DNA from: a virus
IMG/VR virus record: IMGVR_UViG_3300025137_005088
Coordinates: 3,066-67,065 of that record
Length of the DNA stretch: 64,000 bases
Reading direction: 5' to 3' (one strand)
Numbering within the stretch: position 1 is the first letter of the stretch; each line of letters begins with the position of its first letter. Shown in pieces: positions 1-9,033 of the stretch. Made by a program: the position numbers and the translations under genes. The notes under the pieces are model-generated. The model worked only from the letters and a program-made list of their open reading frames with translations, did no database searches and had not been told where the DNA came from.

Positions 1-469
1 CATTATCAAAGTTTGTTTGACGTTTTGTATCATTGTGCAAATCTAAACTTTCATACTCATGTTTAACTGCACTCCAATCTTTCATCCATGTTGTACTCAG
101 CTCAGGCTTGCATGTTCTACATCTGAAGTTACACAAGTTACTCATTTTTAATTCTAATACTGGAACAACAAACGGCATCTCCGTTGTACATGTTGTAGGG
201 ATCATGTGTTGTCTAGTCTTGTTCATGCTTTGTCGCATACTAACTGAACCTTGGTCTTCCATATCCCAACACTGAAAACAATGTTTATTGCGTACACCTG
301 TTAATAAATCTTTTCTTAGTTGCTGTTGACGCTCACTGTTCCATGCTTGCTCGAAAGTTATGTCTTTTATATTGCCTAATGTATCTCTACTACGACAACA
401 AGGAGTTATATCACCATTGGGTCTGGTGCTTAGGTGTGTAAATGGTAATGCACAAAATGTATCAGTCAT
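1..469 (-). CDS. N-terminal twitch-domain radical SAM protein (3' end outside window)
   Basis: Not in the ORF track; translated by hand from ATG at 469 (ATGA overlap with the stop of 466..1440): MTDTFCALPFTHLSTRPNGDITPCC...HCFQCW...LELKMSNLCNFRCRTC. CxxxCxxC motif present; frame open to position 1. Confidence 0.88.
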   Translation of the reverse strand, partial: MTDTFCALPFTHLSTRPNGDITPCCRSRDTLGNIKDITFEQAWNSERQQQLRKDLLTGVRNKHCFQCWDMEDQGSVSMRQSMNKTRQHMIPTTCTTEMPFVVPVLELKMSNLCNFRCRTCKPELSTTWMKDWSAVKHEYESLDLHNDTKRQTNFDN

Positions 470-1440
470 GCTGTTTCCAACCATTTAGTTGTATTAAGGT
501 CAGCCGCACAGTTGCACCATTGTTTTGCACATATAACAGGATCATTTTCAAGTGCGAATCCAGTTTCAATATTACCTAGTACTCCGCCTTGCTTGCACGT
601 TGCTCTATATACACTACCGTCATTGTCTATCATCAGTGTTTCAATACCAGCCATGCACTTCCATTTTTTAAATGTATTCCATTTGTTTTTGGTTAGTGTA
701 TTAACATTGTCTAACCATTGTTCTTCTTTGGTAAACAATTCACAATTTAATTCTGCTGTACCTGCACGATTAAAACTTTCCATATAGTCTAGCTCAGCTT
801 GATTATAATAATTCTCTGCTCCAGCGTATTGTATACCAGCAAACTTCATACCACTGCTATAAGGTTTATTCATTTCACCTGTCTGTAGATTGGTCATTGG
901 TCTAATACGTCTTATATTAAATTGAATTTCATTTGCATTGAGCCATTCAACTACTGAATGTATCTCTTGTAATTTTCCAGGCAAGTACATTAAATGTACT
1001 TTTACTTGCTTGCGATTTAAATTACTGAGTACATGTTTCATATGATCTACACGCAAATATTCAAAGTGCCAACTGAATATCAAACTGTCAATTAACTCTA
1101 ATGCACGTTGATATTTTTCCAATGGTAAACTACCATTTGTTATAGTACTGCATTCTTCTACTCCGTAACGACTAAACAATTCTAATATATCTAGTATACG
1201 CGGGTGTACAAAAGGCTCACCACCAGTTATGCTCATGCGTATTTTTTTGTCAGCATAAAACTCACGCATTGTTTTCACAGCATATTCGAACTTTTCAAAA
1301 GGCAAGTGCTTGCTTTTGTTGTCGTGTAGGTCTGCACCACAATAACTGCAATCAAAGTTACAGCGTCTACCCATGTTCCATTCAATGCGTACCCACTCTT
1401 TATACTTTTTATTGCTGTGTTCTACTCTTACTAATTGCAC
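466..1440 (-). CDS. radical SAM protein with C-terminal twitch/SPASM-like domain
   Basis: CNFDCSYC, ITGGEPF, TITNGS; C-terminal WKCMAG...ATC...CAKQWCNC. Confidence 0.9.
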   Translation of the reverse strand: MQLVRVEHSNKKYKEWVRIEWNMGRRCNFDCSYCGADLHDNKSKHLPFEKFEYAVKTMREFYADKKIRMSITGGEPFVHPRILDILELFSRYGVEECSTITNGSLPLEKYQRALELIDSLIFSWHFEYLRVDHMKHVLSNLNRKQVKVHLMYLPGKLQEIHSVVEWLNANEIQFNIRRIRPMTNLQTGEMNKPYSSGMKFAGIQYAGAENYYNQAELDYMESFNRAGTAELNCELFTKEEQWLDNVNTLTKNKWNTFKKWKCMAGIETLMIDNDGSVYRATCKQGGVLGNIETGFALENDPVICAKQWCNCAADLNTTKWLETA

Positions 1441-2711
1441 TAAAACTCACCTTCCAGTTCAGGTATATAATCTAGTACATTTGTTCCTCTTATATGATCT
1501 AGTTCTCTAGTAAAATGTTTGAATAATTCCCATTCTTTTTCTTTGTATTTGGGATTTTCAAGTGCCGTTCTTATGCGATCCATGGCATGATAGTTTTTAT
1601 CCCATTTATCTAATACACGTTGTTTGATATGAGGTGGCATATTATTGATGTCTAGATAAGCAGGCTTTGATACTAGATCTGCAAAATTATTTGGTCTTTC
1701 ATATCTAGTTGGACTGTCACTGGTTCTGTCGGCTACCAAATGCAACCAATGATCTAAATCTCCAGTAACTTGGTCTATCCAGTCAGATAAATTTTGTAGA
1801 TCAAATATATTATATGTGCTGATTGCAATACTAAAATGTCCTTTTACATTATCAAATTGATCATACCATTTTAAGTTTTGTTCCAACTGTTCTATTGTTT
1901 GTACATTACTACCTCTGATATACTGATAAAGATTACCAGTTGCTTCTATGCTGATATTGAGTATAATTTGTTTGAAATGAGGCCATAACTTTTTAAGTTT
2001 CTCAGGCACCCTTGTTCCGTTTGTGGTGTATCCTAATATAACATTACTAGCACTGCCATTTGCAATCAATATCTCTAGCACTTCGTACATACCGTCCTGC
2101 ATCAGAGGTTCACCGCCTTTGAAGTCAATGCGTTCCATTTGACTAAGTTTGTCTTCCATGTTTCTATACAAACTAGGATCTATACTCCTAGCTGTCGAAT
2201 CGCCTACATGCCTGTTAAACTGTGGATTTATTTCTTGTAACTTTTTATCTTCTTTGAACCAATGTGTGCTTCCCCAACTGCCACACATTCTACACTTTAA
2301 ATTACAGGTATTACCGAAGTTTAAGTCCATGTGTTTTAAGTTCATTGGAGGATTATCTAGGTAAGCGTCAGGTCTATTGTTTATTTTTGACAACATCCAT
2401 TGTCGTCTACTAATACCTGCGGTGCTTTCATTTTTCCAACAATCTTCACACTCCGGTGGTTTTTCTTTTTTTAACATTGCTTGTCTTAGGTTTCCCATTC
2501 CTTCCCAAGCATCTTCTAGTGTATGACCTTTATATATATTCATATGTTCAGTTCCAGCTTGCAGTCCAAGCCGATTGCTAGAAGTAAACTTACAACAAGG
2601 TTTGATATCTCCATTGGCGCCGAGTGTAATACTGGTCCATGGCACTATACAAGTAGGAAGATCACTAGGCCAAGCATCACCTATCCTATAATCTTTATTA
2701 ATACGGGTCAC
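1440..2711 (-). CDS. N-terminal twitch-domain radical SAM protein
   Basis: TCIVPW...KPCC...ECEDCW, then GNTCNLKCRMC, FKGGEP, TTNGT. Confidence 0.9.
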   Translation of the reverse strand: MTRINKDYRIGDAWPSDLPTCIVPWTSITLGANGDIKPCCKFTSSNRLGLQAGTEHMNIYKGHTLEDAWEGMGNLRQAMLKKEKPPECEDCWKNESTAGISRRQWMLSKINNRPDAYLDNPPMNLKHMDLNFGNTCNLKCRMCGSWGSTHWFKEDKKLQEINPQFNRHVGDSTARSIDPSLYRNMEDKLSQMERIDFKGGEPLMQDGMYEVLEILIANGSASNVILGYTTNGTRVPEKLKKLWPHFKQIILNISIEATGNLYQYIRGSNVQTIEQLEQNLKWYDQFDNVKGHFSIAISTYNIFDLQNLSDWIDQVTGDLDHWLHLVADRTSDSPTRYERPNNFADLVSKPAYLDINNMPPHIKQRVLDKWDKNYHAMDRIRTALENPKYKEKEWELFKHFTRELDHIRGTNVLDYIPELEGEF

Positions 2712-4114
2712 AGTAATTCTGCCAATATAGGAAACACCTCCGGAAACTTGTTCCCCCAGTTGCGTTGTTTATTAATTAAATTTAACCATTGTTTGGTTTC
2801 AGGAAGTCTAGCACTCCAGTCTTCTTGATTCATAAAGTTAATGATACCTTTATAACGTTTAATACCATATGGATTATCTAAAAATGTTTCTTTATCAATA
2901 CCAGCTTCTTGAACACCAGTAAATCTATGCCAGTTTTCATCTATCCAAGGATAAAACTCTTGTTCATATTTGTCAGTTACCTGCTGTTTAATGTGTTGGG
3001 GTAATACTTTTAGGTTAAGTTGTGGTGGCCAATAAGCAAAATGCATGTTAATTCCACCTGCACCCAAGGGCCATTTGTTTATTTTCTTAAACCCTTGATC
3101 AACTTTCCACTTGACAAACTCTGGTATATAATGTACATTAAGAGCCATAATGGTAGTAGCTGTGGTAACTTCTACTTGCGGAGCAGTTTCATCCAGTTTC
3201 CAAAACACTTCTTCTTGATGTTGCCACACACTGGGATAGCGTATATAATCGTTGTGTTCACCATGTGCATCTATGCTGTAGTGGAAACGTACACGTTTAA
3301 ACTCTGCCCACAGATCAAATAGATCATCACGCCATTCAACTGCATTTGAGTTGTAGCGTAGTTCTATATTCTTGGCATAACCTTGTTTAATACATTCTTC
3401 TAATAGATCGTAGTGTTGATCAATAATTAAACTTTCACCGCCAGCAAAGTATAGTTGATACATGTGTGGAACTTGTTCCATAAGCTCTTTCCAAAAGCGT
3501 GGATTGTTCATGTGCCAGTTGTATGTTGCTCCGTGATTCTTTCCTTTGTTTTGCCAACCTTGACTATTTTTTAATTTTTCATTATCTATTTGTGGATAAA
3601 TGCTGTTCCATTCTTTTACCCAACCACTTGAATCATGTGGGCTACACATAACACACGCTAGCTGACACTTTGTTCCCATACGCAAATCAATATAGCGTAT
3701 TTTAGGCTCTACTCTGCCGTCAGCTTCTGTAGCTTTGGCTAGGTCAAATAGGTCATATCTATTGCCCCAATAGTCTGTCTCCCAGTTGCGTTTGCTTAGA
3801 TGCCCAGCTTCCTCCTCTTTGTAACACTTTAAACAAGGTGCTGGCTTCTCTCCACGCAACATCATTTTGCGAACATTACGCATGTAATCCGAATTCCATG
3901 CATCAGTTAAACTGGTGTGATTGAAGTTAGCGGGAACACCGTCGTCGTTTTTAACTACGCCAACTTCACCGCCGCCAACTTTTTTACTACTATCTGGGTC
4001 TTGAACACTGCTGGCATTACTTGTACAGCATGTTCGCATTTTGCCATCTGGTCTACTTGATAAGTGTAACCAAGGTAACGCACAAAATGTTGGGCTAATT
4101 TTGTCTGTTTTCAT
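2708..4114 (-). CDS. N-terminal twitch-domain radical SAM protein
   Basis: FCALPWLH...RTCC...PCLKCY, then GTKCQLACVMC, FAGGE, YNSN, YIRYP. Confidence 0.9.
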   Translation of the reverse strand: MKTDKISPTFCALPWLHLSSRPDGKMRTCCTSNASSVQDPDSSKKVGGGEVGVVKNDDGVPANFNHTSLTDAWNSDYMRNVRKMMLRGEKPAPCLKCYKEEEAGHLSKRNWETDYWGNRYDLFDLAKATEADGRVEPKIRYIDLRMGTKCQLACVMCSPHDSSGWVKEWNSIYPQIDNEKLKNSQGWQNKGKNHGATYNWHMNNPRFWKELMEQVPHMYQLYFAGGESLIIDQHYDLLEECIKQGYAKNIELRYNSNAVEWRDDLFDLWAEFKRVRFHYSIDAHGEHNDYIRYPSVWQHQEEVFWKLDETAPQVEVTTATTIMALNVHYIPEFVKWKVDQGFKKINKWPLGAGGINMHFAYWPPQLNLKVLPQHIKQQVTDKYEQEFYPWIDENWHRFTGVQEAGIDKETFLDNPYGIKRYKGIINFMNQEDWSARLPETKQWLNLINKQRNWGNKFPEVFPILAELL

Positions 4115-4129
4115 ATATGTATTTAACTA

Positions 4130-5212
4130 CTATGTAAATTGTTCAGCAAAGGGATCAAATTCTGTTCCGCACTTCATAGCACATACACCTAATTTTCCTT
4201 GCTTTACACTGGGTAAATTCCAACTATTTTCAATATTATTTAACAATGATCCTTGCATAACTGTGTGTAGATCATTGTTTATTACATCAATTCCCTCTTT
4301 CCCGCCGGCGAGATCAATATGTTCCCACACTTGTTCTATACGATAATCTTTGTGCCACCACTTGTACATACGACCAGCAACCCAACAACAAGGCATTAAT
4401 AATCCTTCTGCCGTAATAAAGATTGATTTTTCTTCAGCTACTTTGCATTTTATATCACAACTATCATAATATTCACGCATACTTCCATAAGTTTTTTCTA
4501 TTTCTTTTTGTTTTAATAGTGCTAGGTTTTGATTGCTTAATTGTTTGGGCTTTTCTAATAGCTGTGTTTCAATACCTTTTCTATTTTTTGCCTGGTGCGT
4601 GTCTTTCTTTTGACTATTAGCATTAAAGAATCTGCCTGACTTTTTCTTTTGAAAACGTTCTACACCCCATGATTTAGCAAGTGCTTCAGCTTCATCAACC
4701 TGATGTTCATTATGTCCAAATATAATGTAGTCCCAACGTGCTCTACCGCCAGCATCAACGAATGCTCGCATGTTGCGTTCTACTATATCCCATACAACAT
4801 TTTGCCTATACAGATGATTAGTGTCGCTAAGACCGTCAACTGAGAATATAACGGTACCTTTCTTTCCAATTGTTTTAGCAAGTGCTTGCCACCATTTAAC
4901 ATCTTTTGCTCCAGCGTTTGTGTTCATACTTAGCCACATATCTTTATTGTGACTTCTAAAATATTCAAATACTTCCAGCGTATCCTTGGCTACTATAGGA
5001 TCGCCCAGGTTACCACACATGTACATGGTGTTTAATTGTTTAATAAAGTCAGGTGTAAAGATCGCTTGACAGTCTTGTAAACTTAATTCACTATTATCTA
5101 TGTGGCGGTTGTCTACACCACCATTTTCATTTCTATCACACATTGGACATGCCGCCTGACACTTTTGCGTAATTTCCAAATGCACTGATCTAATATCTTC
5201 ATAGCTATACAT
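4130..5212 (-). CDS. radical SAM protein with C-terminal SPASM/twitch domain
   Basis: CQAACPMC, GNLGDP, NTNAG, FSVDG; C-terminal KC...LMPCC...CAMKC. Confidence 0.88.
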   Translation of the reverse strand: MYSYEDIRSVHLEITQKCQAACPMCDRNENGGVDNRHIDNSELSLQDCQAIFTPDFIKQLNTMYMCGNLGDPIVAKDTLEVFEYFRSHNKDMWLSMNTNAGAKDVKWWQALAKTIGKKGTVIFSVDGLSDTNHLYRQNVVWDIVERNMRAFVDAGGRARWDYIIFGHNEHQVDEAEALAKSWGVERFQKKKSGRFFNANSQKKDTHQAKNRKGIETQLLEKPKQLSNQNLALLKQKEIEKTYGSMREYYDSCDIKCKVAEEKSIFITAEGLLMPCCWVAGRMYKWWHKDYRIEQVWEHIDLAGGKEGIDVINNDLHTVMQGSLLNNIENSWNLPSVKQGKLGVCAMKCGTEFDPFAEQFT

Positions 5213-5429
5213 CTAATATCAGTTTTACATCCTTGCCAGGACCTACACGACTGGGCAGGTCTCCGTATGTATTTACATACCATTCAATCACTGCACGGTA
5301 CCATAGTTGACTGTTGTGATGTGCTTGTTTGTTGAATTGATGAATATTGTTGTTGGTTGCCGCCATAGCACTCAATGCCCTAGCACTTTCTATTTGTAGA
5401 TCTCTCAGTTTTAGATCGTCTAAATTCAT
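5205..5429 (-). CDS. hypothetical protein (74 aa)
   Basis: Tiles between neighbours with short overlaps; no recognisable motif. Confidence 0.7.
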   Translation of the reverse strand: MNLDDLKLRDLQIESARALSAMAATNNNIHQFNKQAHHNSQLWYRAVIEWYVNTYGDLPSRVGPGKDVKLILDV

Positions 5430-6457
5430 TTCTTTCCAATCAACATAAACCTATTATAAAGTTGCGTATCCAATTCACCTTCATAGTATATTGTACGCAT
5501 TGGATATTTCTTTTTTGCTTCTTTAACGTTTTTTACACAATTAATATGTTGTGGATTGCTAAAATAATCATTTGTTTGTAAACACACTAAAGTATCCTTA
5601 GGCAAACGCTCAAACCAAGTTTCGTTCATGTGTTCACAACTGGTGTTTATAACTAGGTCAGGCTGAACCCAAATTTCTACGTTGTTGCCTTCCATATTTT
5701 TGGTTCCTACTATAAAGCTAGCTTCATCGTCGTAGGTAATATCATCAACATCTTGCCATACACTCTTAAACTGCCACTGGTTATTAGTTTGTATATAGTT
5801 AAAATCATCTGCCATTTGTATGCACTGAACATCTTTTTCAAGACTTAAATATTTTTTAATATCAAAATTTTGAAAAAATAACTGTGCAACAGTAGCATAC
5901 CAGCCTCCGTATTGTACTACTGTGCCTAACTTAGGAGGGTGTGCTATTCCTGTTTGTTCTGTTACAATTTTTTTAAGTTCATCTACCATCCATAACTTGC
6001 TACACATTTGTCCTCTGCTGAAATGCTCATTCAGACTTGCCTGTGTTTCCCATTTAATGCACCAACTGCTGATTCTTCTAATATATTCGTCGTCGATGCA
6101 GTGTGCGATATAACGAGCTATCTTTCTATGCGTGACATATTTCCAGCCTATATGATGTGACATTAGTATGTTAATAAATTCTTCACTGAATTCGATTCGT
6201 CCTCTGTTTATTTCACCAACTATTAATCTTTTTATTTTCCAAATATTACCATGTAATACTGCTTTTTTAATATTCATAAACATATCAAGTTGAGGATGAT
6301 CAATATGTGTAAGATATTCTTCAATTCCGTGTATCCAAAAGAAGTCTAACGTGGGTTTGTATATTATTAATTGTTCCCCGTCTTCACCTTTAATTACCTT
6401 TTCTTCACCTATTAGGAGTTTACCGTCTTCGTTTATTTCGTCAAGTTGCGGCATCAA
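5426..6457 (-). CDS. putative class I SAM-dependent methyltransferase-like protein with N-terminal extension
   Basis: VVQYGGWYA glycine loop, acidic residue after the next strand (SLEKD), DLVINTSCEH. Confidence 0.6.
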   Translation of the reverse strand: MMPQLDEINEDGKLLIGEEKVIKGEDGEQLIIYKPTLDFFWIHGIEEYLTHIDHPQLDMFMNIKKAVLHGNIWKIKRLIVGEINRGRIEFSEEFINILMSHHIGWKYVTHRKIARYIAHCIDDEYIRRISSWCIKWETQASLNEHFSRGQMCSKLWMVDELKKIVTEQTGIAHPPKLGTVVQYGGWYATVAQLFFQNFDIKKYLSLEKDVQCIQMADDFNYIQTNNQWQFKSVWQDVDDITYDDEASFIVGTKNMEGNNVEIWVQPDLVINTSCEHMNETWFERLPKDTLVCLQTNDYFSNPQHINCVKNVKEAKKKYPMRTIYYEGELDTQLYNRFMLIGKK

Positions 6458-7145
6458 ATGTCTCCTTTAACCATTCAAAATCATTAATAAGATTTAATGT
6501 TTTTGCATTATTTTTATATGCTCGACCAAAGTCAGCGCCTTGCTTTGCTCCTAGTATTGCGTATTCACCGTTCTGTCTCGTATCGCCTTTGCTTTGCCAT
6601 ACCTTTAATCTGTACTCATTGTCAGTATTATCACCGTGTTCAATGACAGCACTGGCTAGTTTAGTACATTCTCTAAATGCACTGCGCCATGCATTAAAAG
6701 GATCTGTATTAAATGCTGTAATATTACTCACTTGAAACTTGGGCACAAATGGACAACCTATACTTGTTGTCATATCTACATTCCAATCCTTTGCTTCTAA
6801 TAGTGCTTTGCGTGGGAACAGCTTTGCTCCGCCATATCCATACAATAGATCATTTACTGGATTTTGACTACGCCATACAAACACACAGTCACTTTCATAC
6901 ACTCCGGGCCAATGTTCTTTATTATGTCTCGGTGTAAACTTAAAATTAAACTGTTCGTCTATAATAGCATCAGCATCAATTACATAAAAGTTTCTCGTTT
7001 CTGCTAGTTTAGCCGCGGCTTTGTGTGCCGCAAAAATGCCTTTAACACCCTGTACACGCTTGGCGAGGGGTGCGAACAGTTGTAGTAATTCAAAGTTGTC
7101 ATCAGCATATGGCTCATGATAGCTAATCTGAATAACATCTAACAA
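6441..7145 (-). CDS. GT-A fold glycosyltransferase-like protein
   Basis: ISYHEP, AAHKAAA, FYVIDADA (DxD), YGYGGAKL; paralogous to 29334..30311. Confidence 0.7.
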   Translation of the reverse strand: MLDVIQISYHEPYADDNFELLQLFAPLAKRVQGVKGIFAAHKAAAKLAETRNFYVIDADAIIDEQFNFKFTPRHNKEHWPGVYESDCVFVWRSQNPVNDLLYGYGGAKLFPRKALLEAKDWNVDMTTSIGCPFVPKFQVSNITAFNTDPFNAWRSAFRECTKLASAVIEHGDNTDNEYRLKVWQSKGDTRQNGEYAILGAKQGADFGRAYKNNAKTLNLINDFEWLKETFDAAT

Positions 7146-7168
7146 ATTAAATTCTCCATATATAGTTT

Positions 7169-7196
7169 ATTATACACGTTAATTGCAAAAAGTCAA
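7169..7196 (-). promoter_or_regulatory. sigma70-like promoter
   Basis: Minus strand reads TTGACT-N16-TATAAT, then a GGAG RBS before the TTG start at 7145. Confidence 0.65.
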
Positions 7197-7310
7197 TTAC
7201 TCATATATAAAAGGATCTTTGTCCTTTAGTTCTTTCATTTTCTTTTTACGCCATTTGTACTCTTTGTATTTGGTCCAAGGTAAAAGAATAAAATCGATTA
7301 TTGTTTGCAT
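7197..7310 (-). CDS. small basic protein (37 aa) ending DPFIYE
   Basis: Below the ORF-track cutoff; hand translation MQTIIDFILLPWTKYKEYKWRKKKMKELKDKDPFIYE with AGGAG RBS; fills the intergenic gap. Confidence 0.75.
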   Translation of the reverse strand: MQTIIDFILLPWTKYKEYKWRKKKMKELKDKDPFIYE

Positions 7311-8275
7311 AGTTGCTCCTTTATATATTCTATAGTATAGATTAATCCCAGTCGTCTATCAACAGTGGGACACCATCTTAAAACTTGACTAGCCAGCAAT
7401 ACCTCTGGTTTACGCCTATTAGGATCGTCTACCGCACTGTCTTGATATACTATTTCACTGCTACTACCAGTTAGTTCTATTATTTCTTCAGCTAGCTGTA
7501 ACAGCGTTACTTCATCTGGGTTGCCTATGTTAATTGGGCCTGCATGTCCTGAGTTCATTAAACGTCTCAGTGCCGTTGCTGTGTCTGAAACATAACAAAA
7601 GCTTCTGGTCTGACTTCCGTCGCCATGCATAGTAAGTGGTTCATTTTGTAGTGCTTGTGTAATAAAATTACTAACAGCTCTGCCATCTGTGAGACTCATA
7701 TACGGACCGTATGTGTTGAATATTCTAGCAATACAAGTATCAGCACTGCTGATATTACACATGGTTTCTGCTACACGCTTGCCTTCGTCATAACAAGCAC
7801 GTGGGCCTAGTGTGTTTACATTACCCCAATACGTTTCTTCTTGCGGATGCTTTAGTGGGTCACCGTATACTTCGCTGGTACTGGCTTGTAACATTCTGGC
7901 TCCAGCTTGTTTACTAATGTTTAACATGTTGCGAACACCATCTATATTGGTCATTAGTGTATACCACGGATCTGTTTGATAGTGTACAGGACTAGCTGGG
8001 CAAGCCAAATTATATATTTGTTTAAGAGGATCAAACATGCCCATTGGCTGAGGCCACTCATAACCGTCTCCTATACTGTTGAGAAGATTATCTGTTACAT
8101 CACGTTGTATAAAATAAAAATTATTTCTTCCTCTAAATTGTGCTAAATTAGCGGCACTGCCTGTATAGAAGTTGTCTAGTGCTACTACTGTTTCGCCATG
8201 GGCTAACAGTTGTTTACACAATTCAGTTCCTATTAATCCTGCGGCGCCTGTAACCATTACTGTCATATGTACCAA
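7298..8275 (-). CDS. UDP-glucuronate decarboxylase (UDP-xylose synthase)-like extended SDR; probable start 8266
   Basis: TGAAGLIG, LACPASPVHYQ, ASTSEVYGDP, CYDEGKRVAE, RIFNTYGP, GDGSQTRSFCYV. Confidence 0.88.
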   Translation of the reverse strand: MVHMTVMVTGAAGLIGTELCKQLLAHGETVVALDNFYTGSAANLAQFRGRNNFYFIQRDVTDNLLNSIGDGYEWPQPMGMFDPLKQIYNLACPASPVHYQTDPWYTLMTNIDGVRNMLNISKQAGARMLQASTSEVYGDPLKHPQEETYWGNVNTLGPRACYDEGKRVAETMCNISSADTCIARIFNTYGPYMSLTDGRAVSNFITQALQNEPLTMHGDGSQTRSFCYVSDTATALRRLMNSGHAGPINIGNPDEVTLLQLAEEIIELTGSSSEIVYQDSAVDDPNRRKPEVLLASQVLRWCPTVDRRLGLIYTIEYIKEQLCKQ

Positions 8276-9033
8276 TATCCTAACTTTTTGAGACTAGCTA
8301 TTTTAGCACTGTCTCCTAAATATTCTTTTGTATTATCCCAATCCTCATATGCATAATTTCCAGTAACATGCCATATTGCCCAATCATTTGCTTGTACGAA
8401 GTTGTGTCCAGTGGGAAATTGTATAGGATCTAATAGGTCAACTTGTGTATTTGTTAAATGTTTAATATGAGTATTAACAAATAATTGACAAGTACTTGTG
8501 TAACCGTTAGCATACAAGTAATCTGTATTACACATACTTATGTTAGTTTCAGTTGCTCGCATTCCGTACATACCTGTACCACAGTTATAATCACCATGCG
8601 TCTTCAAAGGATAACCTAACCATGCATATTGTTTTACACTTTGACATAGTTGATCTGCACCCAGGGCAAAGTGTTGTTGTACTGTTTGAGTATAATCTTT
8701 TTGTGCTACACAGTCAACATCAGTATAAAACCAATTTTTGCCTTGTTGCATAATCTGTTGACCAATAATAAATTTATATACAAACACATGATGACTGCCT
8801 TGTGGTATGTGTACTGTGGGAACACGTGACTGCATTGCGTGATAGCTTTGCAAGTCTAATGCTACATACAACATGGGTATACCCAACTGTTTACAACTCT
8901 CTGTCCAATTCATTGTTAGTGGTAATACCGTTTCGTCTCCCATACACCAAAACACTGTGTCTGATTCAACACTATCGCAATAATCTCTAATTGATTCTAG
9001 CACTAGAGTCTCCCTGATAAAATGCTTGCACAC
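8263..9033 (-). CDS. nucleotide-diphospho-sugar transferase (GT77-like); probable GTG start 9003
   Basis: LYVALD, WFYTDVDCV (DxD), CGTGMYGMRAT, LLDPIQFPTG, AIWH. Confidence 0.7.
   Translation of the reverse strand: MCKHFIRETLVLESIRDYCDSVESDTVFWCMGDETVLPLTMNWTESCKQLGIPMLYVALDLQSYHAMQSRVPTVHIPQGSHHVFVYKFIIGQQIMQQGKNWFYTDVDCVAQKDYTQTVQQHFALGADQLCQSVKQYAWLGYPLKTHGDYNCGTGMYGMRATETNISMCNTDYLYANGYTSTCQLFVNTHIKHLTNTQVDLLDPIQFPTGHNFVQANDWAIWHVTGNYAYEDWDNTKEYLGDSAKIASLKKLGYWYI

Noticed and set aside
466-1440. Viperin-like or MoaA annotation for the shorter radical SAMs (also 24651..25688)
   Set aside because: Only generic core motifs match. They carry a distinct Cys-rich C-terminal domain, and there is no MoaA C-terminal GG or moa gene context.
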